DNA of 64,000 bases from Bugula neritina (taxonomy: Eukaryota > Animalia > Bryozoa): assembly GCA_964035545.1 (NCBI GenBank), contig OZ037768.1, forward strand, positions 8,464,741 through 8,528,740. The letters are read 5' to 3'. The notes below the pieces were generated by a model, which saw only the letters and a program-made list of their open reading frames with translations, searched no databases and had not been told where the DNA came from. Below are positions 1 to 12,486 of this stretch, piece by piece. The stretch's first letter is position 1, and each line of letters opens with the position of its first letter. A program made the translations under genes and the position numbers.

Positions 1-1143
1 GAACTATTAGTAACCTTAGTGACCTTATATTATATAAAGTGTGAACTAAGCCACTGAATAATTAATTTAGAACCAGGAAAGTAACATTAAGTGTGCAACA
101 CTTCCTAGTTGAAAACTCCCATAGAAATAAAGCATAGAAAAAGAAAGTCACTGAGTGCAATATAATAATATAGTCTGCAAGTAGACTCTAGTTTGTCATA
201 ACGTGTTGTTTTATAAAGTTGCAGGGGCAGGTGAATAGAGAAGAATTAACAGCTGATTAAATCTACATCACTAACACATCACTTAGATATCTGTTGATAG
301 TAAGATGCACCTATTAACACCATGTGGACAAACAATAGCAACCGTGATGTAACGCAGCACTAGCTGTGGCCTGGTACAATAGCAATAAACACAGACTCAG
401 CGATGGTGGACAGTTACAGCATGAGGAGTGCACTCAGCACCCTAACCTTTTATTAGACAAGCTGTTGGCATGACTACGTCAACTTCTCATGACTGTTTTA
501 TTAAAGCTTTTATAGCACTATGTATCAATATTTTAAGTTCAATTTTAATATTATTATTAATATTAATAAGCAAATAAAAACAGCATTTTGCATTTTTGAA
601 GGCAGTTGAAGGGAAATTTTGCAAAAACTCGTTTTTAAATTAAAAATGGTGTAAAATAGTATGTTTTATTTTGAGAATTTCAGCCCACATTCTGAACCAA
701 AATCTATAAACCAATTGAAATTTCTTCACTACCACATGTTCATTACAGAAAATAACTGGTTTTGCACTTACTAATAATATACTATAACAAACACACTAAT
801 AGCTATACTATATTATATGCCTGTAGTATACTACACTGTGCTATATTGACCTGTTTTACTTCTTACTCTCACCTTTAACACACCCAACCCAAAATTTGAT
901 AATAAAATTAAAGAACTTAGGCTATCTCAATCTCTCCACTACTGCTCCTTATAAATGCCTGATCTAGTGTCTTTTGCAAACCTTACAGATACAGGCTTTA
1001 TCAGTTTTTATTTTGCATATTCAATATTGGTTATTACTACAAAAACCAAACAAGTTTCAAATACAGCTGCATTTTATAGCAACAGATATTTATATAAAGT
1101 GTACTTACTTGAGATTCCATTTAAGTTGCACTCATCTCCTTCC

Positions 1144-1431
1144 TTATTCAATTAAAACATCGACTGTTAAAGCTATTCCTATACAAATGGCTGAGCAGAG
1201 CAGTACAGTTTTTAGCTCACTGAAAATTATATTTTGCTGATCAAATAAATCACGACGTCGTCGTTGCTGTTCGTCCAACGTATCTGCAACTATTTGCAAC
1301 TTGTTGCCAATGGCTTTGTACTGATCGTCTGGATTCGCCAGCCTGGGTGGCATCCCATTCTCCTCAATGTAAGGCATGTCAATAATGATTACTCGCAATG
1401 ACTCATATGGATCTGTAACTTGTCTGCACAT
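1144..1431 (-). CDS. Candidate BH3-only protein with C-terminal hydrophobic anchor; single exon; start may be Met19 at 1377
   Basis: IGNKLQIVADTLD (1273-1311) fits the BH3 pattern hydrophobic-small-x-x-L-x-x-hydrophobic-small-D-x-hydrophobic-polar. It is followed by RRRR and the hydrophobic tail VLLCSAICIGIALTV. A promoter-like motif cluster lies directly upstream. Confidence 0.6.
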   Translation of the reverse strand: MCRQVTDPYESLRVIIIDMPYIEENGMPPRLANPDDQYKAIGNKLQIVADTLDEQQRRRRDLFDQQNIIFSELKTVLLCSAICIGIALTVDVLIE

Positions 1432-1449
1432 TATATTTAAAACCTGATG

Positions 1450-1710
1450 TTCTTATAAATATGCAGCGAAATGATGCTTAGTAAAAAGTTCGTTATTGTA
1501 AAGGTGATATCAGTTAGAATGCTAAATGTAATGTGTTGCCATCCCACCCTATTCGTGGTATTCATAGCCCGCTATAACCACGTGGTCACGCTGTATCTGT
1601 ACGACTAGTTTTATGAAACAGCTGATTGGGAGGCGGAGCTTGTTTATGATGAGCAATAATAGTAAACATGGAATTTCCCAGAAACCACAGGCAAGCTTAC
1701 GCTTATATAA
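1450..1710 (-). promoter_or_regulatory. Putative promoter of the BH3-motif gene
   Basis: TATA-like TATTTATAAG (~1452-1461, minus), E-box CACGTG 1579-1584, CCAAT box and GC-box-like element 1622-1640, GTAAACA 1662-1668, kB-like GGGAAATTCC 1670-1679 (minus), TTCCCAGAA 1675-1683, AACCACA 1683-1689. Confidence 0.45.
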
Positions 1711-2426
1711 TCATTATGGCACATAATTTTCATGAAAAAATAATTATAATATTATGATGAAACAGCTAGGAAGTGATTTATTAATAAGAATTAAGACCTC
1801 ACAAGATTATGGATTATTCATGCCTTGTAGAAAAATTGCAGCTAGTGATTTTACTAATGATGGATAATTAATAACGAAATATAATAGATAATCACAGGTG
1901 ATTTTATTATTGATCCACAAGTGAAAAAAATCATAAAAAAACTAAAACTTGTATATAATTTATAGTGAAAATTCCTATCACTGTAGTTATAGTACTTTGT
2001 ATTGAATGTAATCCAAAATATTTACTGAAGAAAATTAATATGGAACTACTTTGAAAATCAAATTTTTTTGGCACAATACAGTGCTATTTTTAGACTGTAA
2101 TATCACAATCTACAACATAGAATCAAAATAGTTAAAAACTAAAAGTAGGCAACTCACAATCAGAACATGTAATTTATGGCTATAACACAGCTTTGATATG
2201 CAAAAAAACTTCTGCCAAAATATTTTTAAAGCATCCCAAAAATACATAACATGCAGTTTCAAGCATTACATCTCAACTGTGTAGACACCAAAGTCAGAAA
2301 ATATCACAGAGTGCAAGGTAAAGAAATATATATTATGATAATTTATCATACTTGAATAAAACAACACTAGAGATCAAAGACATGAGCAGAAAAACAAAGG
2401 GTAGTGGGTGTAGAGATACGTGATCC

Positions 2427-5400
2427 CTAGCACTGCCCAGATGAGCATAGATCATGCAGGGCGTCTTCAGCTTCCTCTACTCTGTTTGCCCGAGCATGCT
2501 TTAGCAGTCTGTAAGCCTCCCTGCAACACAAACTCACAGCATTGAGGGCTTTTCAAACAACAGTAACATATATCAGTATGTTATTGTGAAAATATCATAG
2601 CTTGAATATCAACTGATTTGGAAGATTCGGACATCTTTCAGCTAATATTGGCTGCAGCTGGCCCTCTGAATATAGGTACACCTTAAATACCTGATAGTCC
2701 GAAGCTTAGTGTATGTTTATTAATATCAACAACAATGACTAAAGAGCTCTAAATATATCATATTTCAGCATTTATTGGTGAAATAATCACAAGCATAGAG
2801 GAGATAATGGAGCAAGAATGCTGACTAAGAGGTTAGCAGTAGTGAGTAATAAACAGTAAGGAGATGCATGTGCGCCAACAGAGTGAATAATGATAGCAAT
2901 GTGTACATTGTGACACACGCTGCATTGTTGAGTGAAAAGAATTCAGGTAGTGTTGTTAACATTAATTACACCCAAACACTAGAGGAATGTCAAGATAAGA
3001 TAGGGCATTCCATGCATGCCTAAAATCAACACCAGCTGGGTGTCTACGTTAAATAGCCTAATAATAACTGGTAATAAAGATAGTCATTGTAAACTATAGC
3101 TGGGCTTTGATATTTTCAGCTTGCAAAACTTTTCAAGTATAAACTGGGGTTTATTGCAACAGAATATACCACTATTAGCTAATATGGTGATTATACAGTT
3201 TAGTAATATGAAGTATTACAAACATGACTTGAAAACCAAAGCACAGGAAAGATCATAGTGACTGATAACAGCTTTCACAATTTCTATAACAAAGACATAA
3301 ATGGAAGGGGGAACATCAAAGCCTGACCAATGATTAATATTGTGCAAGAAATCTCATCAACCCTATTAGATTTCCAATTCAAATGATGAAGATACAGAGA
3401 TGAGACTGCCCAGAAGCTAAGAGTTATTACAGCTTATATGAATAATTCTAGAAGTTTCCATATCAGTATATATAAGTGCTACTGAGTACTAGTTATAATG
3501 AATGCCAAGATATATATAGCCTTTTACTTTAAGCAGGTGATTTATTACCTAATTTTAAAATTGTCACCGGAAAGAGAAGTAAATAATACACCTGCATACT
3601 ATATGCAGCTGCATGCAGACCTGAGCTAAGTAAGTGCATTACAAGTCAGTAGGCTACTAGGTGACTGCTGGTATATACCCTAACAACAAACTGTCTCCAA
3701 AATTTTAGATAGTTGTAGTCAAAGTTTGAGCTTAAGGAAAATTCAGGTTATTCTTTATAATTACTTAATTGCTTACAAGTATGTGATGATATTTCCCTAC
3801 TGAAGTAGAAAAACACATTCCTCTTTTTTTTAGATAATAACATTTGCAAGTAGCCAGATAATGGCTAAATATGAACTTGTCACCTAATTAATATCTCTTT
3901 GGAAAATGGAAATTTTATTCAACAATTACAATAACAACTAAAACCTGGATAGGCTAAATTTTGATCACTTACCCTTCAGGCAGCTTGTGCAACCCTTTAA
4001 TGTGACCCACAGCCAGGTTGTGTGCAGCATGGGGGTGGCCCTGGTCGGCAGCCATTCTACAGCAAACATCACATGAAGGACCAAAAGCTATCAAAAGGAA
4101 ACTTAAACCTACAGGCTATAGAATATCACAATGCTGTACAAACATTAACGTTTAATGATGCCAATAGAACAAGCTGGGCAAAATCTAGGGCATGGTGCCA
4201 TAACATGCATTCTTTGTATGACATGTTCCGAGATAAGATAAAAACTTAAACTGGAAAAAAGATCAACAAGCTTTAGGAACCAGTGGAACTTATAATTTAT
4301 AAAACCGTAGAACAAAGAAACTACCTATAGCCTGGAAATACTACTCATAGAAATTTTCCAAAATATTACAAATTTGACTATTTTATGAAAAACAGCCCAA
4401 AATAGTCAAGTCATATTTTCTGCTTATCAGCTTAATGGCTGCCACATCACTTAATGGTACATGCTGACTCAGTGGCTGCTGCCTATTTACCACCTACTGG
4501 CAGCTGAAAGAATACAAACACTCACTTGAAGTACTCCATTGCCACCTTTGAATCCTTCTCCACCCCCTTACCTATAAAAGTGAAATAAAGAAATTAGTTA
4601 TATGACAATATGAATAGGTGCAGAGTCATATGACATTATATATAATGTTTCATTCCTGGTCCGCCAGTTTGGTTTATGTCTAGGTGTAAATAATTATATT
4701 AAAAACATTGTATTTTGTGAAAAAGTTTGGGCAAATGGAGATCAATAAAAAAAAATCAATAGCTAATAAAGTTGAAAGCAAATGAAGTAAGTAATGAAAC
4801 TGTTACAAATATTCTTGCATGTGACTTTTCATTTAAACCAGTGGAAAACATCACCCCAATTAATAAAAGGAAATATTAACAGGAAGCCATTGCAAGGTCA
4901 CAGTTGAACTGCAATAAGCGATATGCAATAAGAATCGTACCTTCAGCTCCAGCTAACCAGAGCGACATAGTAGGTTGGAACACAACAGTGCATACAACAT
5001 CGATTTGGAAGAAATATTTCAAATGATATGTGAAGAAGAATAAGCAATGTGAGACACAATATCTACAACAACAAATAAACCAATAAACTAATAACATTCA
5101 CACTGCTACTACTGCATTCTACAAAGAGCGACAGTAGAGTATAGTGTGTATGCAAGAGATTGGCATAAAATAATATTTTCATCCGTACTTTAGTAGCTGT
5201 TATTAGCTGTTTTATAATAACAGTTATTCAGAAAGTTCAAAAGGTAATGTTTTAAATTTATTACCGTAAATCAATCTTTACAATTATGCTTTTATTTGTC
5301 AGGAAAAGAAAATTTCTAATTTACCAATTTTTCTGACCGCCACTTTAGAGTCAGAAGATAAAAATGAGTCTTTAGAGAAGTAATATTTTTGAATTCAGGG

Positions 5401-8400
5401 CTCTAATTTTAGTTTAAAACTAGGCTTTGCTCATCAAAATACAAACATTCACATTTTCATTTTACCATTTTTGCTGACTTTAAGGGGTCAAAGGGCAAAA
5501 TGAAGTCATAAACATCAAAAAGTTTTGTCATTCCCAAATTTAAGAGCCTTGAATTAAGCTAATCAAATGCTTTAGTTGTTGAAATGAAAACATTTATACT
5601 TAATTCATTTTTGCTGTCTACTTTAAAGAGCTCATCAAAGGTCAAGTTGAAGCAAAAACAATGTCACTTCTGAATTCAACACCCAAAAAAAAACTCACGC
5701 AAGTTTATAGTCGCTATCCCTGTGAGAAACCCCTGCTAGAAAGGGTTTTTGTTAGAACGGGCTAAGGACTTGTTTAAATGAGGCACAGGAGCAAGTATGA
5801 CTGGATGCTCTTCCTAACATCACCAATGGCCTTTGTCGGGGTTTGAACCCACAACTTCGTGTTCACAAAGCGAACGCTCTACCCCCTAGACAACGGCTGC
5901 TCCCAAAAGTTAACCTTAAAAACCAAGTTTGAGTTTTCTACTTCAAGTTTTATTTTTTGATAATTTTTTCTGTGTGTACTAATTAAAATGAGATAACCTA
6001 GAAGTGTAAATGAATAAGTTGGTTATTAGATAAACACAAAATTTAACACAAATATACACAATTAACTGCTTCAGAACCACCATTTTCAGCAAAATGAGTT
6101 CTATAGTACTGTAAAATATTCTGCAATGTCTCAGTGTTAAAGAATAATAAACTCAACACTTTACGCTAATAAACAAAACACCAAGCCATATCTGAAACAA
6201 AACTGCATTTGAAAAATTGAAATTTTTTAGTCTAAAGTCTAAACTCAAAATAACCTACTGACTTTGATCAACATATGTTTCCACACTAGACTTATGGAAC
6301 AAGTACTTTGATCGAGCTAACAATAATTGAGAAGTATGGAAAAAATACTATGACAGGAAACAATAAAATGCAACACAAACATATTTATATATTTCAAAGA
6401 TGCAAGACCATGTAATTTTTTGAGCTGAAGGGGCTGCCTAATTTTACACTTGCTAAATTCTTCTGGAATATTTGAGCTTCCATATAAATATATGTTTAAA
6501 AATACCCAATAAAGCTCAACATTTTATTACAAATAAAACGATATATTTAAACTGGTTATACAAATGAAAACATTGAAATTCAGATTAAATTACTTGAGCC
6601 ATTTTCAAAATTTCAATAGTCTAGAATCTAGATAAACAGTTAGGCCAAGCTCATGTATTAATTGAAAAGATGTGTGCAGCAAATGTATAACAAAATCAAT
6701 TTTCCTGGGCATACAACTCTAAAATTAGATTCAAACTGTAAATATTTTTGCTAATCTCAATACTACATTATGTGTAATTAGTCAGCCATGCTTTATGAAG
6801 CAAAGATTGTTTTTCAGGTGTTACTATCAAAAAGTTAGCATAAAACAAATAACAATAATACCAAGTATCAAAGCTATACTGTTGAGTACGCAGTTCAAAA
6901 CTGTGGACAATATTTACAGGTCACTAGTAATGTTCAGAAACAGAAGTGTTGCATGAGCTTATGGGGAAAACAACTTCTTACCATGCAAATAGCGTTGACC
7001 CAAGAAGTGCTGTGCATTGGAGGCTCCACCAGTATTGGCAACTAGCCTTAATGCGTTCACATGAAAACTTTCCATATAGAAATATGCACCTCCAACGAAA
7101 GCAAGTACAAACAGGACAAACAAAACCTACAACAGATGCAAACGAAAATTCTAATTGATTGAACAAATAAAAAGCATTCATTAGATACATTAAACACGCA
7201 TGTCCATGATTGCTGTTGAAATATTTTGAATTTTAACTTCTAAACAAACAAATATTCAACTTGTCTACTAATGTGAGTATACAACTAGAAAATACACACC
7301 TCACAAAACATTAAGCATGAATGTACAGTAAAAGTATCCTAGCTAAAAATATACTGCAATTGTTGGATTATCATACATGATAATATAATGATATTATTTA
7401 TCAAAAACCCTGAACAGATATAAAATTAGGGTTTATAAGTTAACATTATCTGCATTGAAAACTACTTTCAATTCCAGAACAAAATTACAAGTTTATATTT
7501 TGCCTTTCAATAATCAACATACGCTCATACAGGTTTGTTCAAAACAGTAAAAGTCATGGGCTGAACTTTAATTGCACATCATAAATGACAAAAGTTTGAA
7601 AACAGCATTTTTAAAATAATAATTAATTTGGTAAACAGAGTTTTAACATAGAACTCATGTCTTTATTGGTTTATACTTTATAGAATCAATTGGCCATAAC
7701 CTTATTGAAGTGTGGCATAAAATATAGCAATTGATACCTAGTAGTGACCATGCAACACAAGGCAAATCAATTTACCTTAAATAAATTTACACAACATGGT
7801 TTACAACAACTTTTTTGGTGTTACTACTATTAGCAGTTTATATAACCACAATATAAGTATAACTGTAACAAGCTAAGTAAAACAAAACAAGATATATAAT
7901 CCAATAATCAATCACAGTGTATGCGTTTCTTTGCCAAAAGACGCCAAACAATCAGTGTAGGAGTTTTCTAACATCTGCATAAACGATTAACTGTGGCTGA
8001 CACTGATTACTGGCTAGTCCTTAGAGACTTGGCGAGCCTCAGCCTGCATGCCACCAACCGGGAAGGGTAACTTTCGCTTTGTTCTTTACAATAACAATTA
8101 CTGTACTTTCACTTTGTAATTTGAATTCACCTAATTTTTAAAACTGACACAATCATCAACAACAATATTTGTAATAATGAAAATAAAATAAATACTATAA
8201 ATTTAGAAGCTCAAACCGAAATTCAAATTCATATAGTCATAGATTTAGAAATACTGAAATAGATTCACTCACTTCAAAAATCCTCATTACCCAGCCCTGT
8301 TCTTTTTTCTTTCTTGCCAAATAAACTTTGCCACCATAAGGCAAGTCTGGATTCCATTCATCTCTAGGACCTGGCTGCCACCTTTTACCTTCATACAGCT

Positions 8401-8476
8401 GTCGATGCCGGGGTATAGGACCAAAAATTGCAGAAGAACGGCCACTGGAATCCATAGTTTGTTTATTGGTAGCCAT
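2427..8476 (-). CDS. Uncharacterised ~190-aa single-pass membrane protein with Sel1-like repeats
   Basis: Exons 8476-8273, 7126-6982, 4571-4526, 4056-3973, 2520-2427 join in frame with GT-AG introns. TM segment VLFVLFVLAFVGGAYFYM; Sel1-like AQHFLGQRYLHGKGVEKDSKVAMEYFKMAADQGHPHAAHNLAVGH. Confidence 0.85.
5690..5904 (-). mobile_element. tRNA-derived SINE, copy 1
   Basis: tRNA-like head with A-box-like GTTGTCTAGGGGGTAG and B-box GGTTCAAACCC; aligns over ~200 bp with the copies at 22936 and 25889. Confidence 0.85.
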
Positions 8477-8479
8477 ATT

Positions 8480-8776
8480 TACAAGCTGTGAAAGATGTAA
8501 ACTTATATCTCTGAAAAATTATTTTAACTTTACATTTGTTCATACATAAAATAATTTTATAATTTTTAAAAGTTATTATAAAAAAAATTTAAAACAACAA
8601 AACTTAACTTAAATCTACATACGTATCGTTGTTTAGTTTTAACCTTTTATGCGCTCTATTGTTACGCCATTGAATTTTGAAGATAATTATTGACCGAACC
8701 TCTTTACGTAAATAAAAAGTTCCTGAATAAAAAAAGCAAAAAGGTGTCGGAGAACCGACAACTGCTAATAATAAAT
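8480..8776. promoter_or_regulatory. Bidirectional promoter region between the Sel1-repeat gene and VAP
   Basis: Divergent start codons at 8476 (-) and 8777 (+) are only 300 bp apart; locally CpG-containing. Confidence 0.6.
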
Positions 8777-11700
8777 ATGGCAATACAAGTGCTGCAAGTG
8801 GAACCAAGTGAAATAATAAAGTTTAGTGGTATGTAAATTCTGTAGATGCTTTTAGGTTTTAATAAAATTTAAGGTTGATCAGTGATTATCATTAAATTTA
8901 ATAGTAATAATATACTAATTTAATTAAAGTTAGTAATTACTAATTAGTAATTAGGCTTAGAGTTAAACTAATTACTAATTAGTATTACTATTTTAATTCA
9001 TTAGTAATTAAATTACTATAACTGTTACTATTGGTATAAGTTTTAGACATGAATACTATTAATATTCGTAGTACTATTCCAGTATTCCGTATTCGTATTA
9101 CTATTAGTATTACAGCTATTACTATTACTATTACTATTAGTATTACTATTAGTATTAGTTATCACTAATAGTAATAGTAATACTATTAGTATTACTATTA
9201 CTATTACTATTAGTGATAACTAATGCAAATACTGGAATAGTACTACGAATATTAATAATAATAGTATTCATGTCTAAAACTTATACTAATACTAATAGTA
9301 ATAGTAACAGTTATAGTAATTTAATTACTGATAAATTAATATAGCAATACTAATTAGTAATTAGTTTAACTCTAAGTCTAAGGCCTAAGCCTAATTAGTA
9401 TTACTATTAGTACCAATATTAGTAATTAACACCATGATGGTGATGATTCGGATTACCGATTACGGATTATAATAATTGTCTATTGATAATGAATATCAAT
9501 ATGATGGTTAAACTTAATGATAATTAATTAGTTATGACTTATCATTTATGAGTTATCTATTTCTAAAATTATTTAGTTTAATTATTATTATTATTACATT
9601 TAGTTTTACTCAGCTGTTTATTCAACTTAAACTATTTCAGGTAGCTGAAGCTGAAGTTACCAATATATTTTTTAATTTCTGACAATTGTAAATAATGTCA
9701 TGTGATTGCTTGTGACTTTCTATTTATTTTTTGCATGCTTAAAATAGCATGTGGTGACACCAGTTTCTTTTCACTCAATGAAAGTTTCTGTATATTTCAC
9801 TACTGCTTAATATTAATTGGTATTTACAAATTTTCTTTACACTGTTGAACTATTTACTACATCAACTGCAAGGTTGTTGCTAGCCCATGTTTTAATAATT
9901 TGAAAACAGAATGTAATGCAAAATCCAATATTAGTAGTAATTGTGATGTTTACATTAGTCTTTCCGTCAAATAGAAAAGTTAACATGAAATTTTTTTATT
10001 GCAGTGTCATTAACTTTATTTTTGGTTTATAATTGATAATTTTGAGATTTCCCATGGATTTTACGGTTTGACTAATAGTGCTCTCATCATATCTTCATTT
10101 ATATACTGGTAATCATAGCTACAACTCCATACTTATGCATAAAGTTATATGTAGTATAAGACACTCAATCATGTTGGCATTTAAGACAAGAATTTTGAGT
10201 TATGTTTAAATTCATTGTAGAATTATTATTTAACACTTCCAATTTGAGTTTTAAAGATACCGGACTAGTCCCTATAGTTTGTATTATTTACCTGATGTAT
10301 GTTAAAGCTCATGTGTTAAAAGTCTAAACTACGTTCATTTGAAATTTTAAAAGAATTACCCACCTGATTTGCTATGCTTGCAAAGTTGTTGTGATCTCTT
10401 GCATCTAAGATTAACTTTAGAGTTTTTGTGTGAAGCATATTGGTCTGAAATGGAATTTGCTTAGTTTATTGTAAGCTAAGCGATGTAGTGGTTAGAATAA
10501 AACGAACACAGATAATGTTCAATTTATAATAATGAAAATATTTTACTTTGATGATAGGCCCATTCACTGAGGTTGTATCTGCCGACCTTAAGCTAACCAA
10601 CCCAAGTGAAGATCAAGTTGCCTTTAAAGTAAAAACAACTGCTCCTCGACGTTATGCCGTCCGTCCCAATAGCGGTGTTCTCAACGCTGGGGAGACAGTC
10701 ACTGTGGCAGGTAAATCTCTGCGAATGATTGAAATACAAAAATAGTGAATTGTCTTTTTATGTTATTTTTAGTTATTCTCTACAGTATAATATTAAAGCT
10801 ATGGGCGTTTTGTTAGCCCAGCCATGCAGTTACCTGCATCTTTATTTAGTAATGCTTTAGTTGCACGTTAATGTATTTTTATTTTTTAGTTATGCGACAG
10901 CCTTTTGAATTTGACCCAGCTGAACGAGTTCGCCATAAGTTTATGATTCAAACTGTCAAGTTGGAGCCTGGGATGACTCTTGAAAATGTTGTAAGTTGCT
11001 GTTTCCTTCCTCGGGTTTGAGAAGTCCGGCTATAACTTGGTTTCAGAATGAAACTTTTGAGATACCATTCTATGATATGCAACTCTCAATCAACCAACTG
11101 CTGGACTATACATATCTTATGTTGTATAATTTTGTCAGTTGGATTATTTTTAAAGCCTATTGAACTGTTTTCACTTTTAGTGGACTAAAGCAGACCCGTC
11201 CACCTTTATGGATACTAGACTAAAAGTACAATTTGATGATCACCCACCATCCAATAGAGTAAGTTTGAATGTATCTTTCCTGTACTGTTTGAATATTATG
11301 TCAAGGTGTGAATAGCAATTTTGTCTACTGCTTCTTGCAATTTGAATTATTTACAGATACAAGAATCAGCTGAGCACTGTTCAGATTCATTTTATGAACA
11401 GTCGAATGCACTTGATCATAGCGTTTGTGAAAGTGTTAAGGTGACAAACAATCTTGTGGTGTGTGTTGACTGGCTTTTAGTGGCTTATTATCCCCTCCTC
11501 TTCTCTCCGTGTCTGCATATGCTGCAATCAGTCTGGTTCTAACCTCTGATTTACAAAGCATTATAGACTGTAACTGTCAATGCATCTAACATGATAGATA
11601 TTTGGCCTGTGTAGAATATTGTTTGGTTTTTAGCATGACTTCATATTTTTTTAGACAACTTTTGTTATATGTGTTTTATTTCCTCAAATGGTGTTGTAAT

Positions 11701-12486
11701 GCATATCTTTTCAACTGTGCTAATCCACAATGCCCGTTGGAATCTTGAATCTATAAACTTTTAGTTAGTCAGTCGTTCAATTTTAGTGAGTAGCGCAGGA
11801 GGTGTGTCAAGTTAAACTGTTAAAATGGAGCTGTTTTGCACATAGTAGTTCATTTTTTAGTCCAGTATATCGGATGAGGAATATCACAAGGTGCTGACTG
11901 AAAATGAAAAGCTTTCTAAAGAAGTAGTAGCTTTGCAGGTATGTTTCATTCATTAAAGTACAGCTTAATTCAGTGTAACTATCTCACAAGAGTTTATTGT
12001 AGATTCAGTCGATTTATTTTCTATTGTATTTATGTATTAGGCTTGTCTGTTTCCTTGAAGTTGCTGTAATCTAAACCTCTTTAATAAAATGGAATTCGAG
12101 GAGTGTTTTCTCAAGTCTAGTTAATATAAAAAAACATCATTTGAATGTGTTTGCATTGCTTAAACATCTATGCTTACTTTCATTTCTGGCAAACTATGGT
12201 GTAGGCCATGCATGTATAGTCCCATACACCAAGTAATATTTGTGAGAAGTGAGGTAACATATTGACATTGAGTGTTGTGATTTTATTTCAGACTGAGGGT
12301 AATGAGTTACGCCAGCTCTTGGCTAAAGCCACCAAGGCCATAGAAAAACAACTACCGAAAGGAGTTGCCTTGATTTGTCATGAAAAAATCAATATTTTCA
12401 TTGTGTTGTTTCTGATGCTGCTTGCCTTTGGTGGTGGAATTATCCTCTCAGATACCATGCTGTCGAGTTTAGAACCTGCTGATTAG
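8777..12486 (+). CDS. VAP: Vesicle-associated membrane protein-associated protein (VAPA/VAPB family)
   Basis: Exons 8777-8828, 10558-10710, 10890-10990, 11181-11258, 11357-11440, 11861-11938, 12292-12486. MSP domain signature [18 protein letters not shown] and HKFMIQ, coiled coil, C-terminal TM. Confidence 0.92.
8935..9412. repeat. Long nested inverted repeat built on TAGTAA/TACTAT hexamers in VAP intron 1
   Basis: 9034-9060 is the exact reverse complement of 9260-9286, and 9060-9086 of 9228-9254. Arms extend to about 8949 and 9396; an inner palindrome spans 9154-9224. Confidence 0.9.

Noticed and set aside
1144-1431. Last exon of a Cys-loop receptor (amphipathic helix plus M4)
   Set aside because: Lacks the W..VA.V.DR motif, and there are no upstream receptor exons before the next gene.
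4876-5097. Possible extra exon of the Sel1-repeat gene
   Set aside because: Stops in the required frame; the flanking exons join cleanly without it.
5835-5904. tRNA gene
   Set aside because: No complete cloverleaf; it is the head of a repeated SINE.
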